A DNA stretch of 61,811 nucleotides, filler included, from Stramenopiles sp. TOSAG23-3 (Eukaryota): assembly GCA_900128585.1 (NCBI GenBank). It is 2 parts of 2 records of this genome, joined end to end, with 100 filler letters (N's around TTAATTAATTAA, not from the genome) between each part and the next. Parts side by side here need not be neighbours in the genome. Positions count along the whole stretch, not along the records: positions 31,013 to 61,811 come from LT642226.1; 1 more part is not named here. The stretch is one strand, 5' to 3'. The translations under genes were made by a program, and so were the position numbers. The notes beneath the pieces were generated by a model. That model searched no databases. It saw nothing but the letters and a program-made list of their open reading frames with translations, and was not told the origin of the DNA. Shown here in pieces: positions 44,168-55,825 of the stretch (position 1 is the first letter of the stretch; every line of letters begins with the position of its first letter).

Positions 44168-45803
44168 GAGAGGATGGGATATTTATAATTATTTTATTAA
44201 AATTAAATAACTGACCCCATTTCATTATTTTAGTTCATTTATAACATTATTTATAATGAATTATAGTATATAGAATTAACCATTCATATGAGTATGGGTA
44301 ATTAATATTATTTAATAGAAGTACATTATGTACAAAAAAGAGGAGGAACAGCTGCAATTAGGTAGATCAGAGCAAAGGGTAGTATACATCAACGTAGCCT
44401 TAACTTTCCTAGCACCCCCCCCCTCTTTTCCTTTTTCCTTCGGTGGATTTCATTCTCTTTCCTTCCTTCTTTTTTCTTGTTTTTGGAATTTAGTTTTATT
44501 TATATATCATAGCATCATAGCTCTAATAATAATAAATAATAGGGAAAAGTTTTGTACTTATAATTAAAGAAAGTGATCGAACGCTTCTTTGTACCGGTAC
44601 TACAATTGGACATTTTTTGTGTACTAAATATGTGTTGTATTGTATTATAAAGAAATATATCATAGGAGACTAGAGAAAAAAATGTAGGAAAGGTATTTAG
44701 TTTATTACTAAGTTTAGAATAGAAATAAAACACAACTGTTAATTTAAAATATGCACAACTATAAATAAATGGTGGCCATTAATATGGACAATAGCAGGTG
44801 AACAACCACCGATGTATTCTTCTCTCGTCCTATAAGAAACAATATGAATAAACGTACTTTAAAAATCTACAGAGAGAGAAAAAAATAATAAAACTTCTCT
44901 GCAGCACAGCAGTCTTTCGTCCTTTGCTCTCTCAGTTTAAACTCAGTTCTCACAGAGCACAACATCATTTCATCAGTATGAAATTGACGGAGTAAAATAC
45001 AGGAACGATCTCTTCCTTCATTTTGCCGTATAGCTTTAGCTGATTTACTAGAAGAACGACTAGAACAGACAAATTAATTAAACTCGCTCTTCCATCTTTT
45101 CCATCGCGTTGTTTTTTGTTGTACAGTTTGTAGTACGTATTAATACCTCTGTCATTCTTCTGTTGCTCTCTACTGTACCCCAACAACTGCAGATCTACGG
45201 CATTTTCCTACTTGTTCAGCAGCAGCACTGCTAGGCACAGTTGAGGTATTAATAATATCGGTTCCTTGGATAATACCGGTATTAATACGGAACCCAGGTA
45301 CCTATTACGTACTACCAAAAAACAAAAACAAAAAAACACAACAAAATTGTAGACGACTTTTATATCTCTTGTATTGATGTACGGTACAATACAATAATCC
45401 TCATCCTGTCGTCGTCCTAATAATAATTCATTATCATCTTTGTTCTTCTTCTTCCCCTTCTACTGCTGTACCGTACTACTACTACTGCTGTAGTACAATA
45501 TTATCATCCTCCTCCTCCTCCGAGGAGAATAATATTTTTTTTTGGGGAAATATTGAAATATTGTCTTGAAGAAACATTGTCGGGTTTCAATAGAAACCGC
45601 CGACTAACTCTTGGATATGGAAAGACAGTCTTAATACTCAAACTAGAAAGGTACCGATGCTATCCGAGACACAGAGCCAAAATCACTTCGTTGTTATTGT
45701 CTTCTTTTAGTTGCACCACGTAAAAGTATATTCCAACGAAGAAGGTACCGTCCAGTCACAGCCTCGACTTTCCAAAGCGAGGGTCAAAGTGAGGGCAACA
45801 GTA

Positions 45804-48800
45804 ATGGCTTCGCTGGCTACTTCACCAGAAGACAGCTCCGTTGAACTAGTGCAAAACCTTGCCTCCTACGTTCCGAACGTAATCTCACGAAGGCTTCAAC
45901 AAGACGTACTAAAAAATGAAAACGAAAAATTGCCGATTCGGCAAGCAGTCCAGTGCATTTGCTTGTTCGCGGACGTATCCGGTTTCACAGCCCTGAGCGA
46001 AAAACTCCAAGAAGAGCACGGGGCCACTGCCCCACAGTACTTGGCAAAATACCTCAATTCATATGTACAACAGTTAGTTCGCCTATACGCTAAAGCAGGG
46101 GGCGATGTTTTGAAATTTGCAGGTGACGCGCAAATAGTTTTGTTTCCAATAGGTGACACGGATGACCCAATAGTCACTACCCGCCGCGCGCTACAGTGCG
46201 CGTTAGACGTCCAGAAACACCAACACAAAGCGCAAATTGGATCCATCGGGTCCACCGTGACTCTTAGTGTGAAAATCGGTATTGGGATCGGCACTGTGGA
46301 CATACTGCACTTGGGAGGCGCCCATGATGGTGCCTTGAATCGGTTAGAATATTGTGGCACCGGCACGCCATTGATGGAAGCCTTTGAGTGCGAGGCACAC
46401 GCACTCCCAGGTGCTGTAGTATGCAATAACTCTGTCTACAACATCAAATGCGGCGGCGACAAAAATGGGCTGAGTCAATATTTTGAAGTGTGCCCGGCCC
46501 CAAAGAATGACCCGAAAGCCATTTGTGGAGATGTCGATGAGTGGTATGATTTGCTAGACAAGCAAAAATTTTCTGGGGAAACGTGGAGCAACGGGCTAAT
46601 CATCCGTGCTGTTAAAAACAAACAACGGGTAAGGTCTGTGAACATCGGCAAGGTTTTAGGACCCCTAGATTCCCATAACGCTTCTCTCGTCCCACCTCTG
46701 AAATCATACTGCCCGCGAGCTATCACTCCGTTTCTGAGTGCACACCGCGCTGTAGAAAAATATGCAAGTGAGCTTCGAAGCGTTAGCGTTATGTTTGTCA
46801 ATTTAGGCTTTTCGCAGGCTGAGCTGGAAATCGATTTCGACGAACCCATGGTTCAAAAGATACAACACGCCTTTGTAACAATTCAAAAAATAGTCTTTGA
46901 TTTTGAAGGAACAATCAATAAATTTTTAATTGACGACAAAGGCAGCACCCTTTTGGCAGTGTGGGGATTGCCTCCTCTGTCACACGAAAATGATGCTCTT
47001 CGATCATTGCTGGCAAGCATCAACATATGCGCTCAGCTGAAAAGAGCTGGGTTGAAAAGTAGCATTGGGATTACTTCCGGGGATGCGTTTTGTGGGATAT
47101 GCGGGCACAGTGGGACCCGGCGAGAGTACAGTGTATTGGGGGACGTTGTTAACTTATCTGCCCGTCTGATGGGGTACGCAATGAAATATGGGCCCCAAAT
47201 ATGCTGCGATGAGGTCACAAAAAGTGCCACAAGGGGCGTGATGCACTTCGAAGGTCTAGGGAAGCACAAGATGAAAGGCAAAGTAAATGAGGTGAGTATA
47301 TTCTCTCCTGTGCTTCGTGGCCTGATGGGGAAAAAACAAAACTTTTCAGCAAATGGCGGGGATGACTTTACCATGAAGAAGACGACTTTTGCAGCAGACA
47401 AATTACTGCAAGAGGCGAGAAGGCAGAGTGCTCGCTCATCATCTCTTGGGTCAATAGGCAGCGAAGGCGACAATGGCATTTGCCAACGACGGACCAATTC
47501 GGATTCGACCCTAGCTGCGCTGGTCGAAGATGAGAACGAATTCGATCATATGCTGGAGCTGCAAGTAGAGCTGTATGAACAAAGCACTCCATTGGGGCAA
47601 ATACATTATCAAGAGCGAACTGCTCGACATCAATTAGATGGGTTTAGTTTCCCTATGAAGCATGATATGAGGTACAACGAAGCGAAAAGAGTGATCGGGG
47701 CAACCTTTTTTTTGATTTCCGAAGATGCGGGAGCATCCATTTCAAATGGAAACTTCTTCGTTGATATTGGCACAGACTGCAAAACGGTTGGTGATCTCCG
47801 TCAGTTGGGGCTACTGAAAGCAGCAAACATGTCATTGATTGATCCGATCTTTTCTGAATCAGAATACACTATCACTCTTCGAAGCACAACTGACACGCTT
47901 TCGGGGACCATGACGATGGAACAGCTATACCACCACGAAGATACATCAAGTGAAACTTTTCCCTGGGTCGAAATAAGTTTGAGAAAGGCACGTTCCACGC
48001 CCGCCCCTTTGCGAGAAAATAGCGACAGTCTCGAGAACGCTCTGAAGACTATTTACGAAGCGAAGCTCGATCTTGTTGTGAACAACCAAGGGTCGCTTGT
48101 TATATTGGAAGGAGATGCCGGGACAGGAAAATCGCATTTATTGGCAGAAGAGTTTGTATTGCGTACTTATGAATTCGCGGATCTGGTTACGTGCATAGCG
48201 CATGGCCATCCGTTCAATAAGGGCGCGTTCGCAAGAAAACTTGGGGTTTGGCGTACGCTCTTACTGGAACTTATGCATCTAGAACTGGGGGTGGATGAAG
48301 CAGACATATCCCCCTACGTGTTGGCACGGATAAATCGCGAGAGGGTGGAAAAAAAAGAACGATCATACTCTGCAACGGAGCTGGCAGTGCTAGATTCTTG
48401 GCTCGGTACAAACTTTGAAAAAGACGCCGCGCTGGGTGCGGGAAAAGACCATTTAAGCTCTATCGGCATATCTGACATCGATGAGATGGCTTCGGTCTCG
48501 CGGCTTGTCGTATATCTTTTAAAGTCGTATACAAAAAATGCAAAATTGGTTTTTCTAATTGATGAAGCAATGTTTATGGATGATGACTCCTGGGCATTTA
48601 CTGCGATTGTAGCCGAAGCCATCCCACAGATCTTGGTAGTTTTATCTCTCAGGTCTACCAAGTTCACACTTACAGGTGACGAAAAAGCTTCCACAAGAAA
48701 TTCCAACCAGACAAACATACACCAGCGTCAGCAAGCTTTGTTGCAACTATCGCGGAAGCAGAACCGCCATGTATTTTTAACCCCGTTAGATTTTAGGCAC

Positions 48801-50534
48801 ATCATTCGTCTGGTTTGTGAGCTTCTGTTAACGGATAAGTTGTCACCAAATGTAGAAAAATTATTAAGGCGCAAAGCAGGAGGAAACCCATTTATTGCCC
48901 TCGAGCTTATGGCGTCTCTTAAGGCAGAAGGTTTTCTAAATCGCGTGTACCAGGATAGTTCTAATCCTTCCCAACCTGTGCACGCAAAATCCTCGCGTCG
49001 GATGAGTCATACAAAAATCAATAGCATGATTTTAATGGGGGGCGAATTTCAAAACACAGACAATTTTGGGCAAATGAATGTGCCAAAAGCTGGGAGGAAC
49101 CGAGCTGCTTCTATCACTGGCATTAAAAAGAAGAAATGTTCAGAAATAATTTTTTCCGATGAATCTCTAGCAATGGATCACGTTCCAATAAAAATTAAAA
49201 GTCTCTTCAGCTCTAGTCTTGAATCGCTTGGGCTGCATGCTACACTACTAATCAAGATTGCAGCAGTCTGTGGTTTTGAGTTCCCCATGTCTATGGTCAC
49301 GTCGCCGGAAATATTTCCAATTCCAAATTCATCAAAAAAATATTTACGGGGCTTAGTGGAAGCTTTGTACGTGGAGTTTGGTTTAATTGTTCCCACCCGC
49401 TACCGAGGGGGCCGTGTGGGTAGCGTTGGTAGCGATGCCAACAGAAACAGCATAAATAAAGAAGAAAAACAATACAGCCACTTCGAATTTCAAAGCTGGT
49501 TTGTGCGAGACATTGTCCTGAGCCGTATAACCAAAGATCAAAAACAAGAAATTCAGGCTCGAATGGACAATGAAAAAAGAAAAATCCAAGAAGAAAAGCT
49601 TAAGGCGTTCACAAAACAATTTAGCTTGAAAGCAATGGGGTCATACAATTTGACAAGCATTCAATCCAACCTCTTTGTGCTCAAGGCCTCCAAAACGTAT
49701 TTTACTAGTTCTTGGAAAAGCCGGTTTTGTACTCTTTTGAAATCGCCTGCTCGAGTAGTGCAGTACTACTCAGCCCCTGATGCCGGCGAAGAGCCCGCAT
49801 CAGAGATATTCTTAAAAGGTGCCATGTGTGAGAGCTCCAAAGGGAGCAAGCACGGGAAAGAATATTGCTTTACACTAGAAGCTTCCAGTGCAAAAAAAAG
49901 AGGGAATTTTGTTTCGGGAAAACAAATGGTTTACTTCGCAGCAAATTCTGGTCGTGAACGCGACGAATGGGTTATGAAACTGACCGTTCTTATACAAAAG
50001 GAATCTGGTGAGAAGTCGGAGGGCCAAGGGCATCTGAGCCCAAAATCTTTGGCAGTTCCAAAAGCAAACGCCGCACGTACCCCAGAAAACACGAACGATT
50101 GCACTTGTACCCCTCTGACGACATCGGAGGCTTGCAAAGTATCCTCAAACTATCGATTATTTGGTCTATTTAGACCTGTACCATGGTATATTTTTAAGGA
50201 TATAGATGATGGGAAGTTAATCGGAAGCAAATTATCCAGCAAAACAGGGGAAGTCCTTGCATTTACCTTGATTAATCCGAATTCCTCTATCAAGGATGTT
50301 GCCATCATACAAACCTGGGGAATGCGGGCATTCTCGCCGTCGATAACGCAGATGTATTCTAAGACGCTTTTTGAGTATGCTCGAAAGGGGGTGAGGGATA
50401 ATTCGCCGAAAAGTAAGCAAATTGTGTTTGCACCACATAGTGATAGATACTCCCACATTTTTTATTACCTCAATTTTCGAAAAGTCACTGGTAAATCCAC
50501 GGCCGATGGGGGGGGGGGGGGGACGAAGCTTTAA
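45804..50534 (+). CDS. Soluble-type (ADCY10-like) class III adenylyl cyclase with STAND P-loop ATPase and C-terminal PH domain
   Basis: C1 FADVSGFT, LKFAGDA; C2 INKFLIDDKG, LGDVVNLSARLM; Walker A GDAGTGKS; Walker B VFLIDE; GGNPF; PH motifs WKSRFCTL...FAANSGRERDEWV. First in-frame ATG 45804. Confidence 0.88.
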   Translation: MASLATSPEDSSVELVQNLASYVPNVISRRLQQDVLKNENEKLPIRQAVQCICLFADVSGFTALSEKLQEEHGATAPQYLAKYLNSYVQQLVRLYAKAGGDVLKFAGDAQIVLFPIGDTDDPIVTTRRALQCALDVQKHQHKAQIGSIGSTVTLSVKIGIGIGTVDILHLGGAHDGALNRLEYCGTGTPLMEAFECEAHALPGAVVCNNSVYNIKCGGDKNGLSQYFEVCPAPKNDPKAICGDVDEWYDLLDKQKFSGETWSNGLIIRAVKNKQRVRSVNIGKVLGPLDSHNASLVPPLKSYCPRAITPFLSAHRAVEKYASELRSVSVMFVNLGFSQAELEIDFDEPMVQKIQHAFVTIQKIVFDFEGTINKFLIDDKGSTLLAVWGLPPLSHENDALRSLLASINICAQLKRAGLKSSIGITSGDAFCGICGHSGTRREYSVLGDVVNLSARLMGYAMKYGPQICCDEVTKSATRGVMHFEGLGKHKMKGKVNEVSIFSPVLRGLMGKKQNFSANGGDDFTMKKTTFAADKLLQEARRQSARSSSLGSIGSEGDNGICQRRTNSDSTLAALVEDENEFDHMLELQVELYEQSTPLGQIHYQERTARHQLDGFSFPMKHDMRYNEAKRVIGATFFLISEDAGASISNGNFFVDIGTDCKTVGDLRQLGLLKAANMSLIDPIFSESEYTITLRSTTDTLSGTMTMEQLYHHEDTSSETFPWVEISLRKARSTPAPLRENSDSLENALKTIYEAKLDLVVNNQGSLVILEGDAGTGKSHLLAEEFVLRTYEFADLVTCIAHGHPFNKGAFARKLGVWRTLLLELMHLELGVDEADISPYVLARINRERVEKKERSYSATELAVLDSWLGTNFEKDAALGAGKDHLSSIGISDIDEMASVSRLVVYLLKSYTKNAKLVFLIDEAMFMDDDSWAFTAIVAEAIPQILVVLSLRSTKFTLTGDEKASTRNSNQTNIHQRQQALLQLSRKQNRHVFLTPLDFRHIIRLVCELLLTDKLSPNVEKLLRRKAGGNPFIALELMASLKAEGFLNRVYQDSSNPSQPVHAKSSRRMSHTKINSMILMGGEFQNTDNFGQMNVPKAGRNRAASITGIKKKKCSEIIFSDESLAMDHVPIKIKSLFSSSLESLGLHATLLIKIAAVCGFEFPMSMVTSPEIFPIPNSSKKYLRGLVEALYVEFGLIVPTRYRGGRVGSVGSDANRNSINKEEKQYSHFEFQSWFVRDIVLSRITKDQKQEIQARMDNEKRKIQEEKLKAFTKQFSLKAMGSYNLTSIQSNLFVLKASKTYFTSSWKSRFCTLLKSPARVVQYYSAPDAGEEPASEIFLKGAMCESSKGSKHGKEYCFTLEASSAKKRGNFVSGKQMVYFAANSGRERDEWVMKLTVLIQKESGEKSEGQGHLSPKSLAVPKANAARTPENTNDCTCTPLTTSEACKVSSNYRLFGLFRPVPWYIFKDIDDGKLIGSKLSSKTGEVLAFTLINPNSSIKDVAIIQTWGMRAFSPSITQMYSKTLFEYARKGVRDNSPKSKQIVFAPHSDRYSHIFYYLNFRKVTGKSTADGGGGGTKL

Positions 50535-50626
50535 TATCGTTCGTAAATTATGTCGTCAAAGAAGGGGGGTCATTTGGAACTTCCAATGCGATCTTGTTTA
50601 AATCTCTTTATTGAAACCAACTAATT

Positions 50627-51352
50627 CAAAAACAAAAAATTGGCTGCTGTGCAGTGCCATGCTCGGACGAAGCGGAAGGGGGGGAGGACGAAAGGGACCA
50701 GAGCATCGCCAGCAGGACGAGATGCCAAATAACCCGCCGAAGCACCACAACCACAGCATTGCACACCGAATCTTCACCATTGCAACAGNNNNNNNNNNNN
50801 NNNNNNNNNNNNNNNNNNNNNNNNNNNNNNNNNNNNNNNNNNNNNNNNNNNNNNNNNNNNNNNNNNNNNNNNNNNNNNNNNNNNNNNNNNNNGTAATTAA
50901 ATTTAGCATCCTCATACCCTAATCCTAACTTGGTTCTGTAATTTTGTTTCGTTGTTGGTTGTCAATCACCGAGGGGGGGGATATAATTTCCAATATGAAC
51001 AATTTAATTCCTTTTGTCCTCAATTAAAAAAGAAAACAAGAAGTAAATTGGCTGTTATTTAAGTAATTAATTTAATTCTTAAATTGATCCTGTAATTTTG
51101 TTTCATTGTTGGTTGTCAATCACCGAGGGGATGATATAATTTCCAATGAACAATAACAGCCAATCTTTTGTTTTTAAATTAATTTTCCATCTACTGATTC
51201 AGATCATCAATGGAGTACATCTGAGAATGATAGTTAAGTCCGCGGTTCATGAAGGAATGCAAACCTAGAGAATTGTCTAAATCTAGATTTCAGTTCGCAG
51301 TACATTAATTTTAATTACTTAAATAACAGCCAATTTTTTGTTTTTAAATTAA
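50627..51352. mobile_element. Cluster of family A ends and fragments around a scaffold gap
   Basis: TIR cores at 50627(-), 51030(-), 51152(+) and 51306(+); local duplication 50937-51003 vs 51091-51153; internal fragment 51186-51305. Confidence 0.7.
50789..50892. other. Assembly gap (104 N)
   Basis: Run of N. Confidence 0.95.
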
Positions 51353-51379
51353 TTTACGTATTTTGAAAAAACTTTCGTC

Positions 51380-52948
51380 TCAGTCGTACACATCCGATTT
51401 TCTAATTGTGTTGAACCACTCTTTTGCTTGGTGATACTCTTTTCGGTTTCTTTTGTTTGCCAAACGCGGGCTTTCAACTTCATGTGATAATTGTAAGGTG
51501 GATAAAGGCCTGATTCCCGGGAAATTGTGCGCATACGCGGCATTTTTGGGGGATAATGTTCTTCCCGATTCAGTTGTTTGTGCATATGTTGTTTTCCATT
51601 GGTCTGGGAACGCACCTACATTGTCACAGTAATCTGAACTAGTCCACCAAGTGCCACCGACTAAGGAGTTATTGGCACGTTTTTGATGTGATTGTAGTTG
51701 AGAAAACCCATCCTCCACTTCATCTGTTATACGAAATGTGCTTTGGTGGCTGGCCCTTCCCAATTGCTTCTTCATGCTGTGCTCCTCGTTCGTGGGTGCC
51801 CTCACATTATCAGGTATGCTATCAACCCCTAACTCTTCTTGACCATTTTTACTAAACTGTTTTTTTCTTGTAATCCATGGGGCTCGGTTTTGGAGAGATC
51901 CATAATGATACACGGACTCTGCTTTTGGCGCAGCAATATTGACTATCTCGGCAGCTTCAGACTGCCCAAACTGTTTTTTTGTTGTTGCCCACGAATTTCT
52001 CTCGTGGGTCGCTCCGTCCCTGAATTCCGACTCTTCTACTAAATAGATTGGGACATACGGTTTCTTGCCGTTCCGATAATTTACTCGACGTTTTGTTGTC
52101 CATTGCGAACGGGACGACCCGGGCGAATTTGACTTTTTGCTTCCAAAAACTGCTACAGAGCCAGGTGAATGCAATGAAGGCGAAAGTCCGTTCTCATCTG
52201 TTACTATGCGTAATTTCTCCCAGTCATGCGTCTTATTCCGTGCCAGAGCCTCAAGGGCTTCTTTTTCTTCGCCACTTTGAACATACTTCATATCACCATG
52301 CTGTTTTGTCTTTTCAATTACGTCAGTAAGTTTTTTCCACTGCCATCCTCGATGAGTCGTAGCCACGAGAATCTCTTCGTCTTCTTCTTTAACAGGAGAA
52401 TTTTTTATTACACTGCGAGGTGATACGCCATAGGGAGGTTTGTATGAGTAATCAACTCTCGGAGACACCATACGGTTCTGGTCTTTTGGTTGGCCCCAAA
52501 GAACAAAATCGTGGGCTTCTCTCTCTACCAGTGTAGCCTCCATCTCTTTTCTAATGTTTTCGCTGAGCTCGAGTCGTTCTGCGGTACCAGGGCCGCTGAA
52601 TATAAAATCATCTTTCTTTCTATTATAGCCGACAGACTTGATGGTGGACGGTGCTAATTTTGATGGCCGTGTCCGCTTTTGCAAGGGGGACGGCCCTGTT
52701 CGGTTTGCAAAAAATGCTGAGCTTGCTGGACCTGGGCGGACTGGACTATTCGTGGAGGGACTGACAATTCCTGATTGCGGTCTCGGCCCCGACTCTTTAT
52801 CTTTCATCAGCACTGCAACGGCATCAAGTTCCTTTTCATTTAATTCTATGCCCCTATTTTTCAGGGTTGCTGCAATGCGCTGTCTGTAATTGTCTGCTTG
52901 CGCGCCTTCTACCGGCTGAACTCCTGGCAGACTGTTTGTAGTGGCCAT
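51380..52948 (-). CDS. Uncharacterised low-complexity protein with repeated W-x-T-T/K motifs
   Basis: Long ORF with coding-like composition; SQWTTKRR, NSWATTKKQF, APWITRKKQF, DQWKTTY. ATG 52948. Confidence 0.72.
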   Translation of the reverse strand: MATTNSLPGVQPVEGAQADNYRQRIAATLKNRGIELNEKELDAVAVLMKDKESGPRPQSGIVSPSTNSPVRPGPASSAFFANRTGPSPLQKRTRPSKLAPSTIKSVGYNRKKDDFIFSGPGTAERLELSENIRKEMEATLVEREAHDFVLWGQPKDQNRMVSPRVDYSYKPPYGVSPRSVIKNSPVKEEDEEILVATTHRGWQWKKLTDVIEKTKQHGDMKYVQSGEEKEALEALARNKTHDWEKLRIVTDENGLSPSLHSPGSVAVFGSKKSNSPGSSRSQWTTKRRVNYRNGKKPYVPIYLVEESEFRDGATHERNSWATTKKQFGQSEAAEIVNIAAPKAESVYHYGSLQNRAPWITRKKQFSKNGQEELGVDSIPDNVRAPTNEEHSMKKQLGRASHQSTFRITDEVEDGFSQLQSHQKRANNSLVGGTWWTSSDYCDNVGAFPDQWKTTYAQTTESGRTLSPKNAAYAHNFPGIRPLSTLQLSHEVESPRLANKRNRKEYHQAKEWFNTIRKSDVYD

Positions 52949-54277
52949 CGGTACCGATCTGTCAAGCAGCAGTTCTGTTCGTTCAAACAAAGTTGAACAA
53001 TTTTAAAGCGCGGTTAGAACAATAACCCGCGTTGCTTAAAGCGTAGACTACCGTTTATAAATCGTGCTCTAATTATCACCCGTTTTTGTTTTCATGCATT
53101 TCAAAAAGGTAGAAATTTGCCAGCTTCCGCTTCTCCTTTTTATTGGCACCACTTGCTTGGTAGAATTTAGAACCAGGTAATAATAGAAGAAGAAGTAGTA
53201 GAAGAAAAAATAATAATAAAAAATACCGCGCGCTATTCGTCTACTGTATAATAAAATTATTATTAATAATAATTAATAATAAATTAAAAAAAACAAGACG
53301 ACTTCCTACTTCTTCTGACAGTATCTCGTTGTATTGCTGTATTAATAATAATATGATGACCAAAAAAAATATTTTAAATAATAAAAAACGAACAACAAAC
53401 AACCGCCAGTCGGAGTCGGCAATTATAAAAAAAAAATAATTCGATTTAATAACATGTATTAATACCAGGTATAATATTAATATGTTATTGTATAAATGTC
53501 ACCATATCCACCCTGATCTATTATTGCCTCTTTGCACTCCATTGCAGTTGTTTCCTGGGTGGGAGTTGCATTGGATAATTAGGCTGTAAAACGCTTTTTT
53601 GCGAAACAATTGAGAGAGTCGGTAGATAAAACCAATATACTTAAAGTATTAATATTGTAAATAATATTATAATATATCTAAAATTATAGTTAAGGTATTA
53701 CATAATAATATAAACAGAGAAGTGAATAGATAGTAGAGTGGAATCAGCTACAATCAAGTTAGTCGTGCAACGAACGACCTTTCTTCCTCACCCGTTCATT
53801 ACGAATATGCATCGAACAGCAGCTACAGGGTAGGAACACAAATGATCTATTAGCTCCTATCGGAATGTGCATAGACTAACAACAGTGAAGGAACAAATAC
53901 CCGGTACCGGTACCAACAGGCGCCGGGCCGGGTATTTCGAATAATAAAACAACTACTACTACGACCTCGTATTCTCGTATTACTCGTAATTTTTAAAAAA
54001 ACCATCATCATTTCTTCATCATTATTAAAATCCACAGTAGTAAGCAAAAACAATGGTCGTTCTAATAATTATATCCATCATCATAATATCATAATATAGC
54101 GATAAAGAACAAAACTCGTGTTTTTCTTCGTGTCGAAACTGTTTGTCGAACTTTTTCTGTTTACTGTGTAACAGGAGTGAGTATTTATATTGCTTAAAAC
54201 TCTCTCCTTTCGAGCAGCTTGAATAGGGTTTTAAAGAAAGACGTGCCAGTGAAAACAGTAACCTGCTAGCTCTAGTT

Positions 54278-54838
54278 TCATAAATTATAATTTGTTTTCC
54301 CCTTACTTTTGACATAATTTTGGACCAAAGTCCGGGTTTTTGATGAACTGGATTTCAAACACGTTGAGATTATTTTTGCATCGATGTCGTTGTCCAATTC
54401 AATATGTTTCAAGAATACTTCCACCGTGGCGGTGTGCCGCTCTTCATTACCCCAACATGCGCGCTCAATCGGTTCGAATCCGTCAGTGTGCTTGTCTCTG
54501 GGGTCAATCCCTCTATCAATTAAAATTTGAGCTATTTCATACCTGCCTTGGAAGCCGGCGCCGTGCATGCACGTATACCCGTCTTTTTCACCAATAGACG
54601 TATCAGCCTCCTTTTTCAGCAAATATTTCACAGCATTCTTCTTCCCATTCAACACAGCGTGCATCAATGGAGTTTGCCCCCCCGGACCTTTAGCGTCAAT
54701 GTTAGCCCCCGCTTTCAATGCAGCCTTAATCCCATTCATGGAGTCTCTTCGTACGGCTTCGAAAATGTCCCCTACCGCAAGCACGCCAAAAAGGAGCCCC
54801 AAGGACGCGAGCACGGCCGATCCCCACTTCTCCAACAT
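54278..54838 (-). CDS. Ankyrin-repeat protein with predicted signal peptide
   Basis: GQTPLMHAVLNG, GYTCMHGAGFQG, GFEPIERAC; hydrophobic N-terminus ending VLA-VG. ATG 54838. Confidence 0.85.
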   Translation of the reverse strand: MLEKWGSAVLASLGLLFGVLAVGDIFEAVRRDSMNGIKAALKAGANIDAKGPGGQTPLMHAVLNGKKNAVKYLLKKEADTSIGEKDGYTCMHGAGFQGRYEIAQILIDRGIDPRDKHTDGFEPIERACWGNEERHTATVEVFLKHIELDNDIDAKIISTCLKSSSSKTRTLVQNYVKSKGKTNYNL

Positions 54839-55825
54839 GACCAACTAACAGAAAAGGCCCGTCCTTTTCTGGGCAACAGATTTGTTTGCGGATTTGCACA
54901 CCCTAATTTTGTGGTAGTTTAATTTAATAATAATTACCAGAAGAAGACGAACAGCCGACGATCCCCGACGGGGTATAATAATCATTTTTATTGTAGTACC
55001 AGGTGGTGGTACCAAGTAGTAGTATTACTTTTATTTAATAGTAAAATACACTTCCTTCTTATAACAACAACAGCAATAATATAATATAATAATATAATAA
55101 TAGAATAATCAGCAAAAAAAAAAAAGGAAAAAAAAAAAAATATTTTTTTTTTTTTGGAAAAAGAAGAAGAGGCAGCGCTTTTTTTGTTTCTTCTATTACT
55201 GTAATAATATAATAGTTAAATTATTATTGCCTCCTCTACTAGGTCTACTATTCTAATTTAAATACTTCGATTCGTACTGTACGCGGCGGCATTAATACCT
55301 ACCGGTATCCGGTATCCCTGGTGACATTTTAATTCCTTATTGTGTTCTCGTGTTCTTCAGTTACTTTGTTAATTAATAATAGACGACTCTTCATTTTCGA
55401 TATTTATATATTACGAGGTATCATGATCGATTCGATTTTTTTTTTAAATAATTCATCATCTCAGTATCTCAATCTCTCCTTCTTCTTCTCCTACTACCGG
55501 TATTACCCGCTGTACCTGGTACCTGGTACCCCTATTAGATTATCCGTACGTACCTACTCGTATTATACCTGGTACCTGGTACTACCTCCCTCCCCAAAAT
55601 CATTTCTCCAGTTCACAGTCCTATTATATGACTCCTCTCCAAATGAAGTCCACCACTTGTTTCGTTATACACAATTTTTTGCCGTAGTAAGAACAACAGA
55701 ATACGTGACTTCGATATCAATGTCCGAGTGAAAAGGCTACCAGCCGTGGTGGATGTATAAATCTTTAGGAAAAAAGAACAGCATCGACAGTTTGGCGTGG
55801 GCGTTTTTGCCTTGTAGCTGCAACA

